NCBI GenBank assembly: GCA_902470125.1
Contig: CABRFD010000005.1
Coordinates: 39,999-103,998, forward strand
Source: an uncultured Collinsella sp.
GTDB taxonomy: Bacteria > Actinomycetota > Coriobacteriia > Coriobacteriales > Coriobacteriaceae
Length of the DNA: 64,000 bases
Reading direction: 5' to 3'
The notes under the pieces are model-generated. The model saw only the letters and a program-made list of their open reading frames with translations, searched no databases and was not told the origin of the DNA. Shown here in pieces: positions 19,296-29,229 of this stretch (position 1 is its first letter; every line of letters starts with the position of its first letter). The translations under genes and the position numbers were made by a program.

Positions 19296-20462
19296 TTACT
19301 CGGCGTCGGTCTCCTCGTCCTTCTTCTCGGAAGGCAGCGGGGTAACCTCGATCTCGACGCCCAGAGTCTCAGCAGCAGACTTCATGGACAGGGAGATACG
19401 ACGACGGTCGAGGTCGATCTCCATGACCTTGACCTGAACCTTGTCGCCCACGTGGGTGACCTGAGAAGGCTGATCGACGTGCTTGTTGGCCATCTCGGAG
19501 ATGTGGACCAGACCCTCGATGCCCTCGCCCAGGTCGACGAAAGCGCCGAACGGGACAAGCTTGGTCACAGTGCCCTCGACGATAGCGCCGACGGGGTACT
19601 TCTTGACCAGTGCGCGCCACGGATCCTCGGTGGTCTGCTTGAGACCCAGGGAGATGCGCTCGCGGTTGAGATCGACGTCGAGAACCTCGACCTCGACCTC
19701 CTGGCCGACCTTGACAACCTCGGAAGGATGGTTGACGTGGTTCCAGGAGAGCTCGGAGATGTGGATGAGGCCGTCGATACCGCCGAGGTCGACAAAGGCG
19801 CCGAAGTCGACGATGGAGGAAACGGTACCCTGGAGACGCATGCCAGACTTGAGCTTGGACAGGATCTCGGAGCGCTCGGCCTTACGGGACTCCTCGAGCA
19901 CGACGCGACGGGAGAGGACGACGTTGTTGCGGTTGCGGTCCATCTCGATGACGCGAGCCTCGATGCGGGTGCCCATGTAGGAGGTGAGGTCCTTGACACG
20001 ACGGAGGTCGACGAGGGAAGCGGGCAGGAAGCCACGCAGGCCGATGTCGAGGATCAGGCCGCCCTTGACAACCTCGATAACCTCGCCCTCGACGTTCTCG
20101 CCGGAGTTGAACTTCTCCTCGATGCGGTTCCAAGCACGCTCGTACTCGGCACGCTTCTTGGACAGGACCAGACGACCGTCCTTGTCCTCCTTCTGGAGAA
20201 CCAGAGCCTCGATGGGATCACCGAGTGCAACGATGTCTGCAGGGTTAGCGTCCTTGCGGATGGACAGCTCGCGGACCGGGATAACGCCCTCGGACTTGAA
20301 TCCGATGTCAACGAGCACCTCGTCATGCTCGATCTTAACGACAGTGCCGTTAACGAGATCGCCCTCATCAAAGTCGGTAATCGTACCGTCGATGAGGTTG
20401 TTCATCTCCTCCTCATTGACATCGTCAAGAGAGAAAATGGACGAGTTCTGAATCTCACTCAA
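19296..20462 (-). CDS. rpsA: 30S ribosomal protein S1 (4 S1 domains)
   Basis: DIGFKSEGVIP, KGGLILDIGLRGFLPAS, FGAFVDLGGIDGLIHISELSW. Confidence 0.98.
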   Translation of the reverse strand: MSEIQNSSIFSLDDVNEEEMNNLIDGTITDFDEGDLVNGTVVKIEHDEVLVDIGFKSEGVIPVRELSIRKDANPADIVALGDPIEALVLQKEDKDGRLVLSKKRAEYERAWNRIEEKFNSGENVEGEVIEVVKGGLILDIGLRGFLPASLVDLRRVKDLTSYMGTRIEARVIEMDRNRNNVVLSRRVVLEESRKAERSEILSKLKSGMRLQGTVSSIVDFGAFVDLGGIDGLIHISELSWNHVNHPSEVVKVGQEVEVEVLDVDLNRERISLGLKQTTEDPWRALVKKYPVGAIVEGTVTKLVPFGAFVDLGEGIEGLVHISEMANKHVDQPSQVTHVGDKVQVKVMEIDLDRRRISLSMKSAAETLGVEIEVTPLPSEKKDEETDAE

Positions 20463-20777
20463 AGGTGGACCCCTTTCGAACTACGGGGCCCCGATTGCTA
20501 GGACCTACAGAAGGGTGCGACAAGCACACAACGTTTAGGAACACTCGGGAGCCGACAGATACTAATGTGACGCTTATGCAATCACGTTCGTATAGGTTAC
20601 GGGGAAATGAGTTCGATTTCAAGCGTGAACTGCGATTTTTTACTCGTGTGGAGACTTTTTCGTAATCTTATGAACACACGTCTCCACAACTTGACGATAA
20701 CCAGCCAGGCATTTGGCTTTGGGGTAAAGTATCCGGAGCCAACGACTCTAGATCAAATTTACGAGAAAGGTGCCCGC

Positions 20778-21536
20778 GTGCTCAAAGCAGTCGTTTTCGA
20801 TATGGACGAGACGCTTCTTAGCATCAACCTCAACGCGTTCATCCTTCGCTATTTTAAGGATGTCTCATCGATGCTCGCGGATATCGGGCGCCGCAGTCGC
20901 GGCGGCACGATGGCACGCCTCGGCACCATCCTGGTCGACCTCAACGCCAATCGCCGCAGCGGCACGGACAATCGCACCAATCTTGAGTTTTACCGCACCG
21001 AGGTCGAGCGCAGGTGCGGCATCTGCCTCTCGGACCCACTCATCTACGAGGCGTTTACCTACTACGAGCGCGAAGTTCTTCCGTACAAGAACGACGATAT
21101 CATTAACGCCCACGCCATGCCGGGCGCACACGCCGCGCTCCAGTCCGTACAGGACGCAGGGCTGCGCTGCGCGCTCTTTACCAACCCCAGCTTTCCCCAG
21201 GGAGCCATCGAGTGCCGCATGGGTTGGGGCGACCTGGCTGACGCTCCCTTTGAGCTCGTCACGCACATGGGAAACGCCACCCGCTGCAAGCCTGATGCCA
21301 CCTACTATCTAGAGCAGCTTCAGGTGATGGGGCTCGAGCCGCACGAGGTCCTTATGGTGGGCAACGATCCCAAACGCGACTTCCCCAGCCCTGCCTGCGG
21401 CATCCAAACCGCCTTTGTGGGCCAGGGCAAGCCCAGCCGAGCCACCTGGCGCGGAACCATGGAAGACTTCGCCCGCGACTTTAACGCCGTAATCGAAGCC
21501 TTCTACGAGCACCAAATAGCCGACGAACTGTCTTAA
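20778..21536 (+). CDS. HAD-family hydrolase
   Basis: FDMDETL motif I, TNP, CKPD, MVGND; AAAGG RBS before GTG. Confidence 0.88.
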   Translation: MLKAVVFDMDETLLSINLNAFILRYFKDVSSMLADIGRRSRGGTMARLGTILVDLNANRRSGTDNRTNLEFYRTEVERRCGICLSDPLIYEAFTYYEREVLPYKNDDIINAHAMPGAHAALQSVQDAGLRCALFTNPSFPQGAIECRMGWGDLADAPFELVTHMGNATRCKPDATYYLEQLQVMGLEPHEVLMVGNDPKRDFPSPACGIQTAFVGQGKPSRATWRGTMEDFARDFNAVIEAFYEHQIADELS

Positions 21537-22852
21537 CAGACTCGAGTCTTGCCGATCATGATGTTGAGGATCTCGACGTCGGTATCTTTCATACCCACAC
21601 GGCCTACGTAGCCCATGCTAGCGATCGTCTGCTCGACGGTATCCTGGATCAGGCCCTCACCGGCACGGAAGCCGCGGCCTTGCATGGCCATATCGTGGCC
21701 CAGAATCGCCGCATCAACGGCAGCGGAAATCTTGGCGGCACAGCTCGCCTTGGCGCCGTCGCACACGATGCCGCCCACGTTGCCAAGCGTATTCGAGACC
21801 GTCGCGCCAATCTGCTCGCGCGTGCCACCGCACAGCCAGGTAATCGCAGCGCCGGCACCGCACGCGGCGCAAATGGCACCGCAAAACGCCGAGAGCGCAC
21901 CAATATAGCTCTTGATATGCACGGCGATAAGATCGGACAGCATCACGGCGCGCACCAGGCGCTCGTGGTCGCAGCGCAGGTACTCGGCATACTCCATGAC
22001 GGGCAATGCGCAGGTAATACCTTGATTGCCCGAGCCGCACACAATGGCGACCGGCAGCGCGCAGCCGTTCATGCGGGCGTCGGACCCGGCGGCTGCACGG
22101 GCACGGGCACGGCAGGCGACGTCATCGGCACGAGCACCCAGCAGCGTACGACCCACCTCGGCGCCCCAAGCGTGCGCAAGGCCCTCGGCACTGATCGCGC
22201 CATTCAGCTCAATCTGACGCTCAACGGCAGCGCGGGCGTCCTCAATGTCGCCGTCCTCGATAAAGTCGATGATGGACTCAATCGACATGGGCGTGTCGGC
22301 GTTATCTGCCGCCCGCTCGGCCACCACGCGCTCGGCGCAGGCGGCACACTCCCCCGCCGACTTGCCGCATACCGGAATACCGTCGAGCGTATGGCACGTG
22401 ACGTTGGTGTGGTGGTCGGTAATCTCGACGACCGCGGTATGGCCCCCGGCCGTCGCAGTCACCTTGATGTAGAGGTTGGGCACACCTTCGACAAGCGACA
22501 CATCGCAGTAGCCGGCGTCGGCAAGGAGCTCGGCCACGCGAGCACGGTCTTCATCGTTAACGCTCTCGAGCACCTCGAGCGCACTCTTGGCGTCGCCGCC
22601 CACGGCACCCAGCACGGCCGCGGCCTCAATACCGTGCATACCGCCCGAGTTGGGCACGGTCACGCTCTTGACGTTCTTGATGATGTTGCCCGAGCAGGCA
22701 ACGTCCATATGATCGGGTTCACAACCGAGCGTCTGGCTCGCCAGCGCCGCTGCATAGGCAACGGCAATGGGCTCGGTGCAGCCGAGTGCACAGACAAGCT
22801 CGCGGTTCAAAACATCGCAAAACGCGGCATCACGAAGGGAATCGGTAGGCAT
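21533..22852 (-). CDS. L-cysteine desulfidase-like (YhaM/CyuA, serine dehydratase alpha family)
   Basis: ALGCTEPIAVA, SGNIIKN, GSDARMNG, GSGNQG, LSAFCG, CDGAKASCA. Confidence 0.88.
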   Translation of the reverse strand: MPTDSLRDAAFCDVLNRELVCALGCTEPIAVAYAAALASQTLGCEPDHMDVACSGNIIKNVKSVTVPNSGGMHGIEAAAVLGAVGGDAKSALEVLESVNDEDRARVAELLADAGYCDVSLVEGVPNLYIKVTATAGGHTAVVEITDHHTNVTCHTLDGIPVCGKSAGECAACAERVVAERAADNADTPMSIESIIDFIEDGDIEDARAAVERQIELNGAISAEGLAHAWGAEVGRTLLGARADDVACRARARAAAGSDARMNGCALPVAIVCGSGNQGITCALPVMEYAEYLRCDHERLVRAVMLSDLIAVHIKSYIGALSAFCGAICAACGAGAAITWLCGGTREQIGATVSNTLGNVGGIVCDGAKASCAAKISAAVDAAILGHDMAMQGRGFRAGEGLIQDTVEQTIASMGYVGRVGMKDTDVEILNIMIGKTRVC

Positions 22853-23123
22853 AGGTATCTCCTACTTGTATAACGGACTGGGCTCTCAATAATAGTTAGC
22901 TCCTTTATTTGATAACAATGCATCAAAAACCGCAACCATGGTTCCGGCGGACGGCGCTCGAGCACAAATTGGCGGCATCATTCATGAGAAGCCGATCTTG
23001 TTGCATGCTAAAGCGTTTGACCAAAAAACGCCCGAGCGTTTATGCAAGAGTCGCGCTATCATGCAGTCGAACGCGGTAAACACCTTTAGCATTTGCGCCG
23101 CACAGACCAGAGAGGAACCATCC

Positions 23124-23591
23124 ATGAAGATCGGTATCGGTAACGACCACGCCGCCGTCGAGCTCAAGAACATCATCTCCGAGCACCTGAAGGAGCGCGG
23201 CTGCGAGGTCGTGAACTTTGGCACCGACACCTCCGAGAGCTTTGACTACCCCATCGCCGGCTACAAGGTGGGTAAGGCCGTTGCCAACGGCGACGTCGAC
23301 CTGGGCATCCTGATCTGCGGCACCGGCGTCGGTATCAGCCTGGCTGCCAACAAGGTAGAGGGCGTGCGCGCCGTCGTGTGCTCCGAGCCCTTCAGCGCCA
23401 AGCTCTCCCGCATGCACAACAACACCAACGTGCTCGCCTTTGGCGCCCGCGTCGTGGGCTCCGAGCTCGCCAAGATGATCGTCGACGAGTGGCTCGACGC
23501 CGAGTTTGAGGGCGGTCGTCACGAGCGTCGCGTTAACCTCCTCAACGAGATCGACCACACGCGCGGCCTCAAGGTCGTCGACGAGGCCTAA
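23124..23591 (+). CDS. rpiB: Ribose-5-phosphate isomerase B
   Basis: GNDHA, DYP, ICGTGVG, ANKVEGVRA, HNNTNVL, FEGGRHERR. Confidence 0.96.
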   Translation: MKIGIGNDHAAVELKNIISEHLKERGCEVVNFGTDTSESFDYPIAGYKVGKAVANGDVDLGILICGTGVGISLAANKVEGVRAVVCSEPFSAKLSRMHNNTNVLAFGARVVGSELAKMIVDEWLDAEFEGGRHERRVNLLNEIDHTRGLKVVDEA

Positions 23592-23617
23592 ACTACTCAG
23601 TGCCACAAGCTAACAGC

Positions 23618-23704
23618 AGGGGCCCGCTCGGAACTCATGTCCGAGCGGGCCCCTTCATAGATTCTGGAATAAAAGGGCGCCGCGGATGGAGTTCCGCGGC
23701 GCCC
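23618..23704. terminator. Two hairpins between convergent rpiB and ndk
   Basis: Stems 23618-23632/23640-23654 and 23675-23704, the latter with an A-tract on the left (U-tract for ndk). Confidence 0.75.
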
Positions 23705-23742
23705 AAGCCACACGCTAACAGCTTTAAGGAGTCAAAGCTGGT

Positions 23743-24147
23743 TTAGCCAAAGAAGCGCTTGATCTCGATCTCGGCGTTCTCCAGGCAGTCGGAGCCGTGA
23801 ATCACGTTGGCGTTGACATCGACAGCGAAATCGCCGCGAATGGTGCCGGGGGCAGCGTCAAGCGGGTTGGTAGCGCCCATAAGGGTGCGCATCTTGGAGA
23901 CAGCGGAGAGACCGGAAACGACCATCTTGACGACCGGACCGCTCGTCATAAAGTCACAGAGACCGCCAAAGAAGGGCTTGTCGGCCAGATGGGCGTAGTG
24001 CTCCTCGACGGTAGCGCGCTCGAGCGTGGTCATCTCCATGCGCTCGATGACAAGGCCGCTACGCTCAATGCGAGCAATAATCTCGCCGATCTTGCGGTCG
24101 CGCACAGCGTCGGGCTTAATCATGATGAAGGTCTTCTCGATAGCCAT
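23743..24147 (-). CDS. ndk: Nucleoside diphosphate kinase
   Basis: TFIMIKPDAV, MTSGPVV, GATNP, PGTIRGDF, NVIHGSD. Confidence 0.98.
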   Translation of the reverse strand: MAIEKTFIMIKPDAVRDRKIGEIIARIERSGLVIERMEMTTLERATVEEHYAHLADKPFFGGLCDFMTSGPVVKMVVSGLSAVSKMRTLMGATNPLDAAPGTIRGDFAVDVNANVIHGSDCLENAEIEIKRFFG

Positions 24148-24249
24148 AAGGTAGCCTTTCAAGTAGGTTCGCGCGTGCCCAAGTCCCATTCCGGCACCCG
24201 CCTGGGCTGCATCGTAACAGAGTTTTAGCTGCAGTTAAACAAAAAGCCG

Positions 24250-24285
24250 TTTATTGAAACGTTGCAATTTATTGAAACGTTCCAT
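24250..24285. promoter_or_regulatory. Tandem LacI-type operator candidates upstream of ndk
   Basis: TTTATTGAAACGTT repeated with 18-bp period; each copy is centred on a near-palindromic TGAAACGTTSCA. Confidence 0.5.
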
Positions 24286-24531
24286 ATGTGTCACTTCTGT
24301 TTCGAAGCCCGACTAGAGTACCATCCGACCGCCCATCAACCGCATCGAGCAGAGCAGACGGTCGGTTGCCGCCCGCGAACGCACCCCCTTCACAACCTGC
24401 CCAAAGGTCCTACAGAAGTTCTCGACAAGCCCCTCCCCCATAGCAACAAAATACGGACGCCCACATCAGCAGGCGCCCGTAAAGCGAAACCGATTTATCA
24501 ATACATGGCCAAAACGGCTTCAGCCAAACCT

Positions 24532-25962
24532 CTACTTTGCCCCGTGACCCATCTCGACGACCTTGGTCAGCGATCCAAACACGCCTTCGTCGGCCACGAG
24601 CTGTGCCTCGGCGCGCTGCAGCTGCACGGCAACGGCGGCGGGAGCGGTGCCGCCCTCGGTTGTGCGCGCGGCGACAATCGAGGGGATGTCGAGCGCCTCG
24701 GTAATATCGCGCTCAAAGAGTGGGCTTGCCTCCTGGAACACCTCAAACGGCAGGTCCTCAAGATTGCAGCCGCGCTTCTCGCACATCAGGACCAAATGAC
24801 CCACCACGGCATGTGCCTCGCGGAACGGCAGGCCACGCTTGGCCAGGTAATCGGCAACATCGGTAGCGGCAAGGTGCCCCACGCCGCACTCGCGCGCCAT
24901 GGCGTCCTCGTTGACGGTCCAAGTCGAAATCATACCGGCCATAACCGACAGGCACTGCATGAGCGTGTGAGCGGTATCGAGCGCGCCCCCCTTGTCCTCC
25001 TGCAAATCCTTGTTATAAGCAAGCGGCAGGCCCTTCATGGTCACGAGCAGTTGCACCAGATTACCGTAAACACGGCCGCTTTTGCCGCGGATAAGCTCGG
25101 CAAAGTCGGGATTCTTCTTCTGCGGCATGATGGACGAGCCGGTGGAGTACGAGTCAGAAAGCGTGATAAAGCCAAATTCGGAGCTCGACCACAGCACGAT
25201 CTCCTCGGAAAGACGCGACAGGTGCATGGCCATGACGGAGCCGGCGTAATGCAGGTCGAGGAGGAAATCACGGTCGGAAACCGCATCGAGCGAGTTGGGG
25301 ATCACGCCCGCAAAGCCAAGTTCGGCAGCCGTCATCTGGCGATCGAGCGGATAGCTCGTACCGGCAAGCGCGGCGGCACCCAGCGGGCAGTTGTCGGCAG
25401 CATCAAAGGCGGCCTTCAAACGCGTAAAGTCGCGCGCGAACATCCAGGAATACGCCAACAGGTGATGCGACAGCAGCACGGGCTGAGCATGTTGCATGTG
25501 CGTGTAGCCCGGCAGAATCACCTTGTCGTACTTCTTGGCCGCATCCACCAGCACATGGCGCAGCTCAAGATTGGCCTCCATGAGCTCCTTGGCCAGCGCC
25601 TTGACGCCCAGGCGCGTATCGGTCGCCACCTGGTCGTTGCGCGAACGCCCGGTATGCAAGCGCTTACCGGCCTCGCCGATGCGGCGCGTCAGTTCGCTCT
25701 CGATGGACATATGAATGTCCTCGTCGTTGATATCGAAGATGAAGTTGCCGGCATCGATGTCCTGTTCAATTCCGCTCAGACCCTTGGCAATCGCCCGTTC
25801 GTCCTCGGCACTGATGATGCCCTGGGCCGCCAGCATCTTGGCATGCGCCTTAGAGCCGGCGATATCCTGCTTATAGAGATGTTTGTCGACCGGCAGCGAC
25901 GCGCCAAACTCCTGCGTGACCTCGGCCACGCCCGCCTCAAAACGACCGCCCCAAAGAGCCAT
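24532..25962 (-). CDS. argH: Argininosuccinate lyase
   Basis: LWGGRF, EDIH, LHTGRSRNDQ, PGYTH, GSSIMPQKKNPD. Confidence 0.97.
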   Translation of the reverse strand: MALWGGRFEAGVAEVTQEFGASLPVDKHLYKQDIAGSKAHAKMLAAQGIISAEDERAIAKGLSGIEQDIDAGNFIFDINDEDIHMSIESELTRRIGEAGKRLHTGRSRNDQVATDTRLGVKALAKELMEANLELRHVLVDAAKKYDKVILPGYTHMQHAQPVLLSHHLLAYSWMFARDFTRLKAAFDAADNCPLGAAALAGTSYPLDRQMTAAELGFAGVIPNSLDAVSDRDFLLDLHYAGSVMAMHLSRLSEEIVLWSSSEFGFITLSDSYSTGSSIMPQKKNPDFAELIRGKSGRVYGNLVQLLVTMKGLPLAYNKDLQEDKGGALDTAHTLMQCLSVMAGMISTWTVNEDAMARECGVGHLAATDVADYLAKRGLPFREAHAVVGHLVLMCEKRGCNLEDLPFEVFQEASPLFERDITEALDIPSIVAARTTEGGTAPAAVAVQLQRAEAQLVADEGVFGSLTKVVEMGHGAK

Positions 25963-26080
25963 GGAACCGTCCCCTTTCTCCAAATACCAAAACAAGCGCC
26001 CAAAGCAATGCGCCATATCGATAAAGCGATTTTTCAACCGCTAGTTTTACATATTCCCCACCGTGCGCGGGGCCATGTAG

Positions 26081-26251
26081 CTAATTTGCAAAGAAGTGAC
26101 GCACCAGGCACTTAGCGCCCAGCGTCTCCCTCCGGATGTTGCCCTGCGAACCATCGATCCAGGCTTTCAGGCTCGTAGGAACGTCCTCGACCCTTGCAGC
26201 ATCGAACTCGGGCGCGAGGGCAAGTAAGGCACGCGCGATAGCATTGAACAT
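26081..26251 (-). CDS. Putative 56-aa small protein between argG and argH
   Basis: GAGGAG RBS 8 nt before ATG; MFNAIARALLALAPEFDAARVEDVPTSLKAWIDGSQGNIRRETLGAKCLVRHFFAN. Confidence 0.5.
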   Translation of the reverse strand: MFNAIARALLALAPEFDAARVEDVPTSLKAWIDGSQGNIRRETLGAKCLVRHFFAN

Positions 26252-26301
26252 AACGGATACTCCTCATATATATAGGCACAGAGCCGCCAAATTGATAGAA
26301 G

Positions 26302-26331
26302 GAACCCCGCCGGACAACCCCGGCGGGGTTC
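26302..26331. terminator. Hairpin/terminator downstream of argG
   Basis: GAACCCCGCCGG...CCGGCGGGGTTC perfect 12-bp stem. Confidence 0.65.
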
Positions 26332-26484
26332 GGACTCAGCCGCAGACGCGGCGTCATATATGCGGGCGGAACGTAGGGGCCACCGATGTTAAGAAGTGTC
26401 AGCAAGCATAACGAAAGGTAGGGACCCCGTGCGCCCGTTATGTATCACGCGGATGGGCCGCGCGGATACCAAGGGAAGGAGGCG

Positions 26485-27711
26485 CTAGGCCTGGGCGGCA
26501 GCGGAGCTGGGACCCTGGACCTTAGCCCATGTCTTGAGCGACAGCGTATCGATCTCGATAAAGCCGGCGCTGGCCTTCTCGTCAAACGTGGTGTCGCGGT
26601 CGTAGGTAGCCAGACCGTAGTCATACAGGCTAAACGGGCTCTTGCGGCCGACGACATGGCAGTTGCCCTTAAAGAACTTCAGACGGACGGTGCCGGTCAC
26701 GAACTTCTGGGTATCGGCCATAAAGGCATCGAGCGCGTTCTTGAGCGGGCTGTACCACTGGCCGTTGTACACGGCGGTGGCCCAATCCTGCTCGAGCTTG
26801 ATCTTGGTCTTGAGCAGGTCGCCCTCGACGCAAATGTCCTCGAGCGCCTTGTGGGCGGTGATGAGCGTCAGGGCACCGGGAACCTCGTAGCACTCGCGGC
26901 TCTTGAGGCCCACCAGACGATCCTCGACCAGATCGAGACGGCCAAAGCCGTTGTCGCCGGAGATCTTGTTGAGGGCGATGACGATCTCGGAGAGCTTCAT
27001 CTTCTTGCCGTCGACGGCGACGGGCTTGCCGGCCTCAAACTCGATCTCGGTGTAGGTCGGGGTGTCGGGCGTGTCCTCGGGATTCTTGGTCATAACCCAA
27101 GCGTCGTCGAGCGGCTCGTTCCAGGGATCCTCCAGGTGACCGCACTCGATAGCGCGACCCCACAGGTTGTCGTCGATGGAGTAGGGGTTGTCGTTGGCAC
27201 CCTCGGGAACCGGCACGTTATGAGCGTGGGCATAGGCGACCTCGTCGGGACGGCACTTCAGGTCCCACTCGCGAACCGGGGCGATAACCTTGAGCTCGGG
27301 GTCGAGGGCCTTGACGGCAGCCTCGAAGCGGACCTGGTCGTTACCCTTGCCGGTGCAGCCGTGGGCGACGTAGGTCGCGCCAAACTCGTGGGCGACCTCG
27401 ACAAGCTTCTTGGCGAGCAGCGGACGGGAAAGAGCGGAGAGCAGCGGGTACTTGTTCTCGTACATAGAGTTGGCGGCGATGGCCTTGGTCAGGAACTCAT
27501 CGGAGAACTCATCGCGCAGGTCGAGCACCTGACAGTCCAGAACGCCCAGGTCGAGCGCCTTCTGCTTCTTGGCATCCAGGCCGGTCTCCTCCTGGCCCAC
27601 ATTGCCGCAGACGCAAACGACATCGAGATTTTTCTCGTCCTGGAGCCACTTGACACATACGGATGTATCAAGACCACCGGAATATGCGAGAACGACTTTT
27701 TCCTTGCTCAT
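26485..27711 (-). CDS. argG: Argininosuccinate synthase
   Basis: VVLAYSGGLDTS, HGCTGKGNDQVRFE, YSIDDNLWG, KSRECYE. Confidence 0.98.
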   Translation of the reverse strand: MSKEKVVLAYSGGLDTSVCVKWLQDEKNLDVVCVCGNVGQEETGLDAKKQKALDLGVLDCQVLDLRDEFSDEFLTKAIAANSMYENKYPLLSALSRPLLAKKLVEVAHEFGATYVAHGCTGKGNDQVRFEAAVKALDPELKVIAPVREWDLKCRPDEVAYAHAHNVPVPEGANDNPYSIDDNLWGRAIECGHLEDPWNEPLDDAWVMTKNPEDTPDTPTYTEIEFEAGKPVAVDGKKMKLSEIVIALNKISGDNGFGRLDLVEDRLVGLKSRECYEVPGALTLITAHKALEDICVEGDLLKTKIKLEQDWATAVYNGQWYSPLKNALDAFMADTQKFVTGTVRLKFFKGNCHVVGRKSPFSLYDYGLATYDRDTTFDEKASAGFIEIDTLSLKTWAKVQGPSSAAAQA

Positions 27712-27916
27712 GGCTGTTTCCTTTCGCCCTTGGTAGCTAGTTAGAACATCGGTCAGTTGCAAGTCATTTCAAGGTCATATACCGTGCAATATCAGGTTAA
27801 ATAGCAAAAATCAGCACATACATGCCCTAGAAACATGCAGCAATGTCGTGCTAAAACCCAACGACCTCAAAATGACTCTGTTGAGGCAATTCGCCCCATG
27901 CGGACAGAGACGATTG

Positions 27917-27991
27917 TTATCGTCGTCGGGAAATTGCGCGCTGGCGTCGGATGGCATTGTCTGCAGTAGTGATGATCTTTACGAACTGCAT
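27917..27991 (-). CDS. Putative arginine leader peptide (MQFVKIITTADNAIRRQRAISRRR)
   Basis: AAAGGAG SD; 6 Arg in the last 10 codons, 4 of them CGA, ending CGA CGA CGA TAA; 205 nt upstream of argG on the same strand. Confidence 0.8.
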   Translation of the reverse strand: MQFVKIITTADNAIRRQRAISRRR

Positions 27992-28160
27992 CTGCCTCTC
28001 CTTTCACCTATCGCCGGGCGCAATTCTAATATCGTAAACGGTACCTTTTCCTCGGTAATCGGCTCTTTTGCCGTTCCGTTTTCGATGGTCGCTATATTAC
28101 GCTAAAGTGCTCGCTGCGCAAGCGACAAATTCAAATTTCTGAAAAGTTTTTTCATTACTT

Positions 28161-28178
28161 TGTGAATCGTGATGCAAA
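28161..28178. promoter_or_regulatory. Possible single ARG box (ArgR site)
   Basis: TGTGAATCGTGATGCAAA fits TGAAT-N4-ATGCA; no clean tandem partner. Confidence 0.35.
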
Positions 28179-28264
28179 AACGCGCCAATCCTGCGAAAAT
28201 ACGCTCGATTACATAGCAGAGGGTCATTACGCCCGAAACAATCTGGAAACGGAAAGGCGCATTT

Positions 28265-29092
28265 ATGCAGACTTATGAATCAGACACTAACATCGGCAAC
28301 ATTAAACTCATCGCCGTCGACATGGACAAGACGCTGCTCACCGACGAGCGCGTGTTGCCGCAGGGTCTTGATGAGCGCCTGGACAAGCTCGCCGACGCCG
28401 GCATCGTATTCTGCCCCGCCAGTGGACGCCCTGCCCCCAAACTCGAGGAGATGTTCGAGGGCCTCAAGAACCGCCTCGCCTTTTGTCCCGACAACGGAGC
28501 GTGCGTTATCTACCGCGGCAGCTATATCTATAAGAGCAATATCGACGTGGAGCTGTACCAGCAGGTCTTGAGCCGCGCCTCGGAGGATCCGCGCGCTGTC
28601 CCCGTCCTGTGCTGCTTCGACGAGTTCTACGTGCTCGCGCGCGACCACCAATACCACGACGAGATCAGCGTCTACTACAACACGATCAACTACGTCGACA
28701 GCTTTGAGGGCATTGATATCGAGTCCAACAAGATCTCGGTCTTCTTCCCCGGCTACGACGCCGAGCCCGCATTCCGCGAGACTTATAGCCCCGAGTTCTC
28801 GGACAAGCTTTACGTCACCAACGCCGGGCGCGAGTGGATCGACTTTATGAACCTGGGCGTCGACAAGGGCGCCGGCGTCGCGCACCTGTGCGAGCACCTG
28901 GGCATCGATATTGCCGACGCCGCCGCCGTGGGCGATACCTACAACGATATTCCCATGCTGGAGCGTGTCGGTCACAGCTTTATTGTGGACAATGCCGAGG
29001 AGCACATGAACGCGCACGCCAAATGGCGCATTCCGAGCAACAACGACGGGGGCGTACTGACGCTCATCGACGCCATCTTGGCGGCTCGTTAA
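28265..29092 (+). CDS. Cof-type HAD-IIB hydrolase
   Basis: AVDMDKTLL, ASGR, DNGA, VDKG, GDTYNDIPML. Confidence 0.93.
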   Translation: MQTYESDTNIGNIKLIAVDMDKTLLTDERVLPQGLDERLDKLADAGIVFCPASGRPAPKLEEMFEGLKNRLAFCPDNGACVIYRGSYIYKSNIDVELYQQVLSRASEDPRAVPVLCCFDEFYVLARDHQYHDEISVYYNTINYVDSFEGIDIESNKISVFFPGYDAEPAFRETYSPEFSDKLYVTNAGREWIDFMNLGVDKGAGVAHLCEHLGIDIADAAAVGDTYNDIPMLERVGHSFIVDNAEEHMNAHAKWRIPSNNDGGVLTLIDAILAAR

Positions 29093-29103
29093 TCTATCTC
29101 GTC

Positions 29104-29229
29104 GCCATGCCCGGGGCCGGCCGTTTGATTTTTGCTCGGTCAGATCCTGGGCTCGCTCGAAGGCCACATTTAGTGGCCTTCGGCTCGTGCGGAATCTACA
29201 AAAATCAAACGGCCGGCCCCGGGCATGGC
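29104..29229. repeat. 126-nt long hairpin with perfect 31-bp arms
   Basis: 29104-29134 is the exact reverse complement of 29199-29229; apical GAAGGCCAC-ATTTA-GTGGCCTTC. Confidence 0.85.

Noticed and set aside
26112..26290. Possible 6S RNA between argG and argH
   Set aside because: No long terminal complementarity or central-bubble pattern found; better explained by the 56-aa minus-strand ORF
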